DNA from: Actinomycetes bacterium
GTDB lineage: Bacteria; Actinomycetota; Acidimicrobiia; Acidimicrobiales; Microtrichaceae
Assembly: GCA_037141255.1 (NCBI GenBank)
Contig: JBAXCX010000001.1
Location: forward strand, 67-64,066
Direction: 5' to 3'
DNA length: 64,000 nucleotides
In this document: positions 56,384 to 64,000 of the stretch, one piece after another
How positions within the stretch are numbered: position 1 is the stretch's first letter
Layout: each line of letters opens with the position of its first letter
Notes under the pieces: model-generated
The model's database searches: none
What the model was told of the DNA's origin: nothing
What the model saw: the letters and a program-made list of their open reading frames with translations, nothing else
Made by a program: the position numbers and the translations under genes

Positions 56384-57469
56384 TCAGGCCAGCGTCAGCA
56401 CGCCGCGGGCAAGTTTGCCCTCATGGAGCTCATCGAGGGCTAGCTGGAAGTCCTCAATTGGGTAGGTGGCGGACACCAACTCGTCGAGCTTGAGTCGGCC
56501 CGCTTGATAGAGCTTGACCATCAGGGGAATGTCATATTGCGGACGTGCCGAACCATATCGGCAGCCCATGATGGTCTTATCGTTGTACATCGTGTTGACC
56601 ACAAAGTTGGCCTCGGAACCCATCTTTGGAACTCCCAACATGACCAAGGTTCCGCCCCAGTCCAACAAGTCAGTCGAGGTACGGATCAATGCCGTTGAGC
56701 CAACGCACTCAAAGACGTAATCCACTCCGTTCGGGCAAATCTCTTTGACTGCTTCAACCAGATCAAAATCTGGGCCATCGGGGCAGATGAAATGCGTTGC
56801 CCCGAACGCTTTCGCAAAAGCTTCTTTGCCAGGGTTTGTGTCCACCGCAATGATCGGCAGCGCATCAGAAAGCGCCGCTCCTTGGATGGCATTGAGTCCA
56901 ATGCCGCCAACACCAATCACCACTACGGATTCACCATGGGCGACCTTGGCACGATTAAACACAGCTCCCACACCAGTCAGTACGCCACAGCCAATCAGCG
57001 AGGCCGAGGTGAGCGGAACCTCGTCAGGAATTTTCACCGCCTGAGTTGCCTTGACCACCGTCTCTTCACAGAACACGCCCAGATTCGCGAACTGAAACAT
57101 CTTCTTTGCCTCGTCACCATCACCTCGGGTGAACGGCCGAGACAGCTTGCCCAGTGACTGCCGACAAAAGGTCGGCTTCCCGCGATCACAGCTTGCACAT
57201 TGACCGCAGTTACCAAGCGTGGACAGCACCACATGGTCTCCAACAACCACATTCGTCACATCTGGCGCAATCTGGATGATCTCGCCGGCGCCTTCATGAC
57301 CAAGCACCACCGGAGGTGGAAACATGATGGTTCCATTGAGCACCGAGACGTCGCTATGACACAGCCCCGCAGCATCGATGCGCACTCGAACCTCGCCGGC
57401 TCGAAGGTCTCGGACCTGAACGTCAGTTTCTACTTTGGCTTGTTCGCCATCCCATACAAGTGCCTTCAT
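56384..57469 (-). CDS. Zn-dependent alcohol dehydrogenase
   Basis: GLCHSD, GHEGAG, CGQCASC...C, GCGVLTG, GVGGIG. Confidence 0.92.
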   Translation of the reverse strand: MKALVWDGEQAKVETDVQVRDLRAGEVRVRIDAAGLCHSDVSVLNGTIMFPPPVVLGHEGAGEIIQIAPDVTNVVVGDHVVLSTLGNCGQCASCDRGKPTFCRQSLGKLSRPFTRGDGDEAKKMFQFANLGVFCEETVVKATQAVKIPDEVPLTSASLIGCGVLTGVGAVFNRAKVAHGESVVVIGVGGIGLNAIQGAALSDALPIIAVDTNPGKEAFAKAFGATHFICPDGPDFDLVEAVKEICPNGVDYVFECVGSTALIRTSTDLLDWGGTLVMLGVPKMGSEANFVVNTMYNDKTIMGCRYGSARPQYDIPLMVKLYQAGRLKLDELVSATYPIEDFQLALDELHEGKLARGVLTLA

Positions 57470-57505
57470 GATGCTGACCCTAGCCCCCCGCAGGAGTGCT
57501 CGCTC

Positions 57506-58966
57506 TCAGCCTGGCCACACTATGGACTGCAATTCGGAGTATGCATGCAGACCGAATCGGCCACCGTCACGACCAACGCCAGATTGCTTAAACCCACCAA
57601 AGGGAGCCTCACTATTGCGCTGCATGGTGTTGATCCCCACGTTGCCAGAGCGCAAACGCCGAGCCACGTTCCATGCCCGCGAGGCATCTTTGGAAAATAC
57701 GTAGCTATAGAGGCCATAGTCGCTGTCATTGGCGATTGCGATGGCCTCATCTTCGTCGTCAAAGGGAACCACCACCACGACCGGGCCAAAGAGTTCTTCG
57801 CGGACGGGAGTCATCTGGTTCGTGCACTCCACTAACAACGTGGGTGCGACGTAGAAACCGCGTTCCATTTCTGGTCGCGTACCGCCTGCAGCAACCGTTG
57901 CACCTTCGGAAACACCCGTTGCGATATAGCCCTCAATGCGATCACGATGCGCCGCAGAAATCACGGGGCCAACCACGGTGTCACGCTCGAGTGGGTCACC
58001 AACCTTGAGGTGTCCAATGGCTTGGGTCAGACCACCTACGAGGTGGTCATACACCGAACGATGCACGATGACGCGAGTGGGAGACGTGCAGATTTGGCCC
58101 GAGTGGAAAGCCCAGACGGAAGAGATTCCCCCGATAGCAGCCTTCAGGTCTGCATCTTCAAAAACAATGCAGGCACCCTTGCCGCCGAGTTCCATGAGTT
58201 GACGTTTCATCTGAGCGCCGCACACAGCGCCGATGCGCTGCCCAATGCCCGTGGACCCGGTAAATGAGACCATATCGGTGAGCGGATGGGCAACCACGGC
58301 CTCGGACGGGGCGGTGTCGAGTCCTGTCACCACGTTGATGACCCCTGGGGGGAACCCGGCCTGGTTCATGAGTTCCACCATGCGGATCACACCGAGTGGA
58401 TCTTGCGGTGCCGGTTTCACCACCACGGTATTGCCCATTGCCAACGCGGGACCGATCTTGCCGGCCATGTTGGTCATCGGAAAGTTATACGAAGTAATGC
58501 AGGTCACCACTCCGACTGGCGCGCGGTTTGCCACTGCAGAGATTAAGCCTCCTGGCGCCAACGGGGTTGTGGCCGAGACTGCAGGTTCAAGGGGAATCAG
58601 CGGTGAATCCAGCGCACCTCGCGCATACCTTCGCAAACGATTCGAGGCCTGCGGGAACTGCATTGTCTTCGCTACGCGCATTGTTGCACCCGTCTCGGCC
58701 TGCAGAATTGGCACGATCTCATCGCGATGAGCGTCAATCAGATCGGCCGCGCGATCAAGCAATGCTGAGCGTTCCTCCGGGGTGGTTCGTGACCATGATT
58801 CGAAAGCTTCAGCGGCTGCCTCAACGGCGGCGTTGGCTTGCTCAACAGAAGCTTCCGGTGCGCGCCCTGCAACCTCTTCAGTTGCCGGGTTGATGATCTC
58901 GTAGCTACCAGCAGCACCCTCTACAGACTCGCCGGCGATTGTCAGGCGATAGGTGGACTCAGTCAT
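57506..58966 (-). CDS. Aldehyde dehydrogenase
   Basis: YNFP, FTGST, MELGGK, GQICT, EELFGP, PFGGFKQSG. Confidence 0.92.
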   Translation of the reverse strand: MTESTYRLTIAGESVEGAAGSYEIINPATEEVAGRAPEASVEQANAAVEAAAEAFESWSRTTPEERSALLDRAADLIDAHRDEIVPILQAETGATMRVAKTMQFPQASNRLRRYARGALDSPLIPLEPAVSATTPLAPGGLISAVANRAPVGVVTCITSYNFPMTNMAGKIGPALAMGNTVVVKPAPQDPLGVIRMVELMNQAGFPPGVINVVTGLDTAPSEAVVAHPLTDMVSFTGSTGIGQRIGAVCGAQMKRQLMELGGKGACIVFEDADLKAAIGGISSVWAFHSGQICTSPTRVIVHRSVYDHLVGGLTQAIGHLKVGDPLERDTVVGPVISAAHRDRIEGYIATGVSEGATVAAGGTRPEMERGFYVAPTLLVECTNQMTPVREELFGPVVVVVPFDDEDEAIAIANDSDYGLYSYVFSKDASRAWNVARRLRSGNVGINTMQRNSEAPFGGFKQSGVGRDGGRFGLHAYSELQSIVWPG

Positions 58967-60194
58967 CAAGATCCAATCCAAGCATCTCGATGGCGTTGCC
59001 GCGCATGAGCTTGCGCAGCAGATCGGGAGGTAGGTGACCCATGAGCTTCATAGCCGTCTCACGAGAATTCGGCCAAGTGCTATCGGAGTGCGGGTAATCG
59101 GTCTCGAAGCACACGTTGGACACTCCCACCTTCTCTAGATTGTCCAGGCCGTACTCGTCGTCGAAGAAGCACCCGTACATCTGTCGGTAGTAATAGGTGG
59201 ATGGCGGCTCGGGGACCTTGTCTCCAAACCCACCCCAAGCACGGTTGTCTTCCCAGACCTTGTCGGCTCGTTCCAAGATGTAGGGGATCCACCCGATCTG
59301 CCCTTCCGAGTAGGCAATCTTGAGCGTCGGGAACTTCTCAAGCCACCCGGAGTACAACCAGTCCGTCATAGAACTCATAGCGTTACCGAAGGTCAGCGTT
59401 GAGCCCACCGCCGCTGGCGCATCCGCCGAGGTCGAGGGCATCTTTGAGCTTGAGCCGATGTGCATGTTGATGACGGTGCTGGTCTCTGCGCAGGCCCGGA
59501 AAAAGGGCTCCCAGTAATCGGAGTGGATTGAGGGCAAACCAAGGTACGGCGGGATCTCGCTGAAGCACACGGCCTGTACCCCGCGGACCGCATTGCGCAT
59601 GACTTCTGCAGCAGCTAAGTCTGCGTCCCACAACTGAACAATCGTGAGCGGGATGAGGCGGCCATTAGAACCACCGCACCACTCCTCGACCATCCAATCG
59701 TTATAGGCCTTGACACACAGATCAGAGAGTTCTTTGTCTTGGGCCTCCATAAAGGTCTGACCGCAGAACCTTGGAAAGGAGGGGAAGCACATCTGTGCCT
59801 CGGTCCAGTTGGCATCCATGTCCTCGAGTCGAGCAACTGGATCCCAACAGCCCTTGCGCATCTCCTCATAGGTGATGCCCACGACTTTGACCTCATCGCG
59901 ATCAAAGCCCGCGGCAGCCGAGAGCCGAGTCTGCGGAACTTTCAGGTCTTCGTATAACCACCAGTCGCCGAGTTCACCGTCTTCGGATGGCTCATACGAG
60001 AACACACCGCCAACAAAGTTCATGTGCCCACGCTCTTGCACTGTGCGCGGCCACACCTCTGAATATTTTGAGGGCAGGCGAGATGTCCAAACATCCGCAG
60101 GTTCAATAACATGATCGTCAACCGAGACAATCTTCGGGATCTCTTCCGGATCAAGGTCAGACGAGGTGCCAGATAGGTCAGTGAGTGCATCCAT
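58959..60194 (-). CDS. Amidohydrolase family protein
   Basis: SVDDHVIEP, NMHIG, YSEGQIGW, FETDYPHSDSTWP; probable leaderless ATG 60194. Confidence 0.9.
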   Translation of the reverse strand: MDALTDLSGTSSDLDPEEIPKIVSVDDHVIEPADVWTSRLPSKYSEVWPRTVQERGHMNFVGGVFSYEPSEDGELGDWWLYEDLKVPQTRLSAAAGFDRDEVKVVGITYEEMRKGCWDPVARLEDMDANWTEAQMCFPSFPRFCGQTFMEAQDKELSDLCVKAYNDWMVEEWCGGSNGRLIPLTIVQLWDADLAAAEVMRNAVRGVQAVCFSEIPPYLGLPSIHSDYWEPFFRACAETSTVINMHIGSSSKMPSTSADAPAAVGSTLTFGNAMSSMTDWLYSGWLEKFPTLKIAYSEGQIGWIPYILERADKVWEDNRAWGGFGDKVPEPPSTYYYRQMYGCFFDDEYGLDNLEKVGVSNVCFETDYPHSDSTWPNSRETAMKLMGHLPPDLLRKLMRGNAIEMLGLDLDD

Positions 60195-60200
60195 ATCTAG

Positions 60201-60250
60201 ATCGTAACTCCACCGAGAATCCCTGTCAGCTGAAACTGGAACAGGTTCTA
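60201..60250 (-). promoter_or_regulatory. Leaderless promoter plus KstR-type operator (60237-60250)
   Basis: TGGAACAGGTTCTA perfect box; minus strand CTGACA-17 nt-TACGAT-6 nt-ATG. Confidence 0.75.
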
Positions 60251-60268
60251 GTTCTTTCGCTGCACTCC

Positions 60269-60661
60269 TCAGCCGAAACTCAGGATCCCGAGAAGCGCTG
60301 AGTTCCACACGACGATGGCGAAGTACAGGCCTGCAACAGTCACCACAGCTCGCTCCGCAAACCTCGACTCATGCGGTGAAACCATCAACAAGAGGCCCAC
60401 CACAACGGCCACGAGCGCCTTTACGCCCAGCGGAGCAGCCAGACCAGTCATCAGACCCGCCATGAGCGGGTTGCCTTCGATTCCGCCACGATCGAGTACC
60501 GACCGCGTGAGCAGCACGTCACACAAATTCAGAACAAGAATCGCCGCAGCCAGATACATCCGGCGAATCGGCGTCTCTCCCAGACTGATCCTCGGAAGGA
60601 GCGCAACTCCCGTAGAACCCGAAACCGAGCCATCTTCTTTGTGCCACGAGCGAATCATCAC
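60269..60661 (-). CDS. Small membrane protein, DUF5658-like
   Basis: LNLCDVLLT...GGIEGNPLM...K, then TM segments ending in N. Start uncertain. Confidence 0.65.
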   Translation of the reverse strand: MMIRSWHKEDGSVSGSTGVALLPRISLGETPIRRMYLAAAILVLNLCDVLLTRSVLDRGGIEGNPLMAGLMTGLAAPLGVKALVAVVVGLLLMVSPHESRFAERAVVTVAGLYFAIVVWNSALLGILSFG

Positions 60662-60766
60662 CGATGCATCATCCCAGACTTGTTGAGTGTGTCAATGAGT
60701 TTAGACGGGGCAAAAATCTGCGCAAGAGGCCATTCGGACCACGCTAAATCTGTTGGCTCGATAGTT

Positions 60767-61570
60767 TCACCCGTAGCGTCCGAGCATCGCTGAAAGCACT
60801 GAATCCATCTGCGCCGAATTGAGCAGGGATCCTCCGTCAAGCACCAAATTCTGACCCGTCAGATAGGCCGCTCGATCGGAGAGCAGAAACACAATCAATT
60901 CCGACACCTGCTCGGGGGTTCCCAATGTGCCGAGCGGTGTGCCAGCCTCGATCTGGGATCGCAACTGCTCATCTCCGGCAAGCACCTCGTTGAGGGGTGT
61001 GCGAATAAATCCCGGAGAGACACTGTTGACCCGGATCTGCGGTGCGAGTTCGAGTGCGGCCGCTTGAGATAGGGCAATGACGGCGGCCTTAGCGGCGGAA
61101 TATGGGGCCTCGCCGCGGGTCGGTCGCACCCCCGACACGCTGGCCACGTTCACGATGCTCCCCCCACCGCTCGCACGCATGATCGGCGCTGCGACGCGCA
61201 TGGCCGAATAGGTTCCCGAGAAGTTGACCGCAAAGATCAGGTCGATCTCGGCCTCGGTGTAGCTCTCAAAACTTTTCAGGTTTCCGATGCCTGCATTGTT
61301 CACGAGGCCAACAAGACCATTGAGTTGCTCGGCTCCTTGCTCAAGTTCTGCAGCGAGATCAGCGGCATTCGCAACATTCGCAGTCAGCGCGATGGCACCA
61401 ACCTCTTCAGCAATCTGCTCCGCAGCGGAGGCATTGCGATCAAGCACACCGACGGGTACGCCCTGAGCGGCAAGCTGACGGCACACAGCAGCTCCAATTC
61501 CTGATCCCCCACCCGTCACAATTACGCCACCGCGGAGCATCGCGCTCGCATCCTCGGCCACCACAGTCAT
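60767..61570 (-). CDS. SDR family oxidoreductase
   Basis: TGGGSGIG, NNAG, YSAAK, VSPGFIRT. Confidence 0.9.
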   Translation of the reverse strand: MTVVAEDASAMLRGGVIVTGGGSGIGAAVCRQLAAQGVPVGVLDRNASAAEQIAEEVGAIALTANVANAADLAAELEQGAEQLNGLVGLVNNAGIGNLKSFESYTEAEIDLIFAVNFSGTYSAMRVAAPIMRASGGGSIVNVASVSGVRPTRGEAPYSAAKAAVIALSQAAALELAPQIRVNSVSPGFIRTPLNEVLAGDEQLRSQIEAGTPLGTLGTPEQVSELIVFLLSDRAAYLTGQNLVLDGGSLLNSAQMDSVLSAMLGRYG

Positions 61571-61941
61571 GCCTCGTGTCCTCCGCATTCGCCCTCTCCG
61601 CTGATGATCACGGTTGGCTCCTCCGTCACGATGAACTCAAGGGTATTCATGTCCAAAAACCGTTGCTCATCGGGGGCGATCAGACTGGCATAGGCCGGCT
61701 CAGACATAAACCCAACGAAGTCGTCGATTGAATTGAACCACTGCACTGCCACCCCATCGAGGCCTTCATTACCCGACAGCCCGCCATCACGATGACGCAC
61801 GTGTTGCTCGTAGCGAACGATATGCCGAGCGAGCAATGGTTCGTTCTTGATGAGCGGGCCGTGATGATCTCGCCAATGTGTGACGAACTCCTCGGTAGTC
61901 ATATCCGGGTGCCGACGCAGCAACGCAAACAACTTGACCAT
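61567..61941 (-). CDS. EthD domain-containing protein
   Basis: LRRHPDMTTEEFVTHWRDHHGPL, DGVAVQWF, PDEQRFLD; ATGA overlap with the SDR. Confidence 0.88.
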   Translation of the reverse strand: MVKLFALLRRHPDMTTEEFVTHWRDHHGPLIKNEPLLARHIVRYEQHVRHRDGGLSGNEGLDGVAVQWFNSIDDFVGFMSEPAYASLIAPDEQRFLDMNTLEFIVTEEPTVIISGEGECGGHEA

Positions 61942-62007
61942 GAATCCTCCAGGACCTGATGCCGAGATGGCATCGTGCCACAAATTCGGGTGAGTAGATT
62001 GTGCGGG

Positions 62008-62457
62008 ATGACTGCTCCTTCGAACAACTTGACTCAGATTCGGAAACTGCCGATATTTGCAGACCTCACTGAGGAAGAACTGATTGAAATTGAACAACTT
62101 GCCGACGAGGTCCACATTGAGAAGGGCCGAACCATCATGCGCCAGGGTGACTTGGGGCAGGAATTCGCTTTGGTGGTCTCGGGCGAGGCTGACGTCATCA
62201 AGGATGCTCAGGTGGTGGCCCGCATCGGGCCTGGCGACTACTTCGGCGAGGTTGCTCTACTGGATTCCATTATTCGCTCAGCATCAGTGGTGGCGGCGAC
62301 CAATATGACGCTTGAGGTGATCGATCGCAGGGGCTTTCATACGCTGCTTGATGACATCCCCGGACTCTCGCGGGCACTGCTGCGCGGCATCGCCCACCGA
62401 CTCGCCGAGCGGGAGGAAGAAATCGAACAACTCCGTGTTGAACTTTCTCAGCGATGA
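62008..62457 (+). CDS. Stand-alone cyclic-nucleotide-binding domain protein
   Basis: LPIFADL, MRQGDLG, GPGDYFGEVAL, RSASV; no HTH. Confidence 0.88.
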   Translation: MTAPSNNLTQIRKLPIFADLTEEELIEIEQLADEVHIEKGRTIMRQGDLGQEFALVVSGEADVIKDAQVVARIGPGDYFGEVALLDSIIRSASVVAATNMTLEVIDRRGFHTLLDDIPGLSRALLRGIAHRLAEREEEIEQLRVELSQR

Positions 62458-62544
62458 GTCCGACTCAGCCACCAATGTGAATCCAGAACCGGTACCGTAC
62501 GTAACCAGAAATCTTTCGGAAGCAACACAGATGCAGGAGCTCAG

Positions 62545-62958
62545 ATGAAAACAATTGGGAACGTTTTGTGGTTCGTGTTGTGTGGGGTCTGGCTGGGGAT
62601 CGCCTACATCATTGCCGGCATCGTCTCGTGCATCACGCTGATTGGGATTCCGTTTGGAATTCAGTCCTTCAAACTGGCCGGGTACGTCATGTGGCCTTTT
62701 GGCCGACACCTCGTTGAATCCCCGGGGAATCGCCTCTCAAAGGGGGTGTTCAACGTGATCTGGATCGTTCTCGGCGGTATCTGGCTCGCTATTACGCACG
62801 TCATCTTTGGCGTACTTTTGTGCATCACCATTTTGGGAATCCCGTTCGGAATAAAGAACTTCTCGATGGCGAAACTCGCCCTGTTCCCATTCGACTTCTC
62901 GGTAGAATTCAAAGGTGACCCTGGCCCAAACGAGGCTCCACTCAGCTCTGAGGGATAA
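62545..62958 (+). CDS. yccF: YccF-domain inner membrane protein
   Basis: Two repeats N(V)xW...CITxxGIPFG...PF. Confidence 0.85.
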   Translation: MKTIGNVLWFVLCGVWLGIAYIIAGIVSCITLIGIPFGIQSFKLAGYVMWPFGRHLVESPGNRLSKGVFNVIWIVLGGIWLAITHVIFGVLLCITILGIPFGIKNFSMAKLALFPFDFSVEFKGDPGPNEAPLSSEG

Positions 62959-62968
62959 AGATTTCCTG

Positions 62969-63379
62969 ATGCGACCCAGCTCATCACTACTCAGATCATC
63001 ACTACTCAGATCATCACTACTCAGAGTCTGTGCTGCAACACTGCTCCTCATGGGATCTTGGGCACTGGCTGCTTGCAGCAGCCAAGACACCTCAAGCGTC
63101 GAGCCAACTTCCTCCACACAAAACAGCAACGCAAAACCCCCAACCAGTTACTCCCAGGCCAACCCCGTACCCTCGGCAGACATGGTCGAGATCTGGAAAA
63201 AGATGGGGTTCACCTCTAGCCAAGCGAAGTGTCTCTCGGACAAGATGAAAGACATGTCCACAAAAATTGACCAAAGCGACCCCACCGGCAGCCTGGCCAA
63301 GAATCAAGCCCTGATTCAAGGACTCATGGAGGACTGCAACATCAATGCAGCAACTCTCAACTCCTTAGGCAAGAACTAG
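62969..63379 (+). CDS. Putative lipoprotein
   Basis: Signal with LAAC lipobox, S/T/P-rich linker, MGFTSSQAKC...C domain. Confidence 0.75.
   Translation: MRPSSSLLRSSLLRSSLLRVCAATLLLMGSWALAACSSQDTSSVEPTSSTQNSNAKPPTSYSQANPVPSADMVEIWKKMGFTSSQAKCLSDKMKDMSTKIDQSDPTGSLAKNQALIQGLMEDCNINAATLNSLGKN
62981..63025. repeat. 3 x 15-nt perfect tandem repeat in the lipoprotein signal (SSLLR)
   Basis: tcatcactactcaga x3. Confidence 0.9.
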
Positions 63380-63457
63380 TCGCTCGCAAATCCCACCCTG
63401 CAACTCTCCCTCTGCAATGGGCTACTGTCTGGTAGTTAGTTTTTGCCAACAATTTAA

Positions 63458-63572
63458 TGCTGTGAGTTGAGGAAAGCCGGTCAGATGCCGGCGCTGTCCC
63501 GCAACCGTAGGCAGATTGCGAGCTCCGGGTGGGCTGTGCAGATCTGCGAGTCGGAGTGCTCAGCCTGCAGCA
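63458..63572 (+). ncRNA. Cobalamin riboswitch
   Basis: Core GAGGAAAGCCGGTCAGATGCCGGCGCTGTCCCGCAACCGT, B12-box-like GAGTCGGA, closing helix TGCTGTGAGTTGAG/CTCAGCCTGCAGCA. Confidence 0.85.
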
Positions 63573-63678
63573 ATGCTTCGAGCTCGTCCGTCGCGGAAAA
63601 CGGATGCCGGGGCCTGGTAGGTCCTTGCAAATCTGTGAGTGGCTTTCTAGGCACACGGTGCCTAGGGGAACCACATAC

Positions 63679-64000
63679 ATGAACTCCAGATTCACCAAGT
63701 CACCAGTGCAACAATTCAGCCCTCGGCGGGCGCTCATTACGGCTGTGTGCCTAGTGGCTGCATTGTTGGGCTTGGGCTCCCTCAGCGGCGCGAACTCCCG
63801 AACAGCAGCTGCGAGCTTGCCAGCAGCAAGTGCCGCATCTCGACCCGAGGCAACCGCGGCCCTGGACTGGTTGAGCGCTCAACTCGCTGCTAACGGCAGT
63901 ACCTTTCCCGGGTTTGCCATCGGGACCAGCCCAGCAAGAACCGACTGGGGTCTCACAGCAGATGCAGTGCTGAGCTTTATTGCAGCCGGTCACGGCTCCG
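63679..64000 (+). CDS. Secreted/surface protein under B12 riboswitch control (partial; prenyltransferase/squalene-cyclase-repeat-like)
   Basis: Not in the ORF track. MNSRFTK...RRALITAVCLVAALLGLG signal, AALDWLSAQL, TDWGLTADAVLSFIAAG; open to the window end. Confidence 0.7.
   Translation, partial: MNSRFTKSPVQQFSPRRALITAVCLVAALLGLGSLSGANSRTAAASLPAASAASRPEATAALDWLSAQLAANGSTFPGFAIGTSPARTDWGLTADAVLSFIAAGHGS

Noticed and set aside
62981-63025. CRISPR-like array
   Set aside because: The units are 15 nt with no spacers, lie inside a CDS, and there are no cas genes.

Overview
GC-rich actinobacterial chromosome segment. An Acidimicrobiia-type origin is my inference from gene content and is not verified. 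There is no rRNA, tRNA, CRISPR array, transposase or phage gene that I can see. Main blocks: (1) 1-3190, a sterol side-chain aldolase operon (DUF35, DUF35, ltp4, ltp3). (2) 4044-15942, a mycofactocin cluster. It contains mftA (51 aa, missed by the ORF track), mftB, mftC, two FadH/OYE flavoproteins, a permuted ETF/FixCX module, mftE and mftF, but no mftD. (3) 16140-19199, a divergent nicotinoprotein-type Zn-ADH followed by a MoxR AAA+ ATPase and a vWA ORF. These two ORFs are joined by what looks like a programmed -1 ribosomal frameshift (G_AAA_AAA, 6-nt spacer, GC hairpin). (4) Lipid and acyl-CoA genes, an ABC-F ATPase and a RecQ-like helicase. (5) 29681-38841, polyamine catabolism and ABC uptake. 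(6) A KstR-like TetR with five matching operator boxes spread over the window, including one in front of an uncharacterised amidohydrolase-ALDH-ADH-cyclase operon. (7) Assorted accessory genes: a GluR0-like channel, an S8 protease next to a WXG100-domain protein, an orphan methyltransferase, a degenerate ThDP-fold protein and a truncated adenylation enzyme. (8) A cobalamin riboswitch ahead of a secreted protein at the right edge. All family calls come from motifs recognised by eye; no searches were run.
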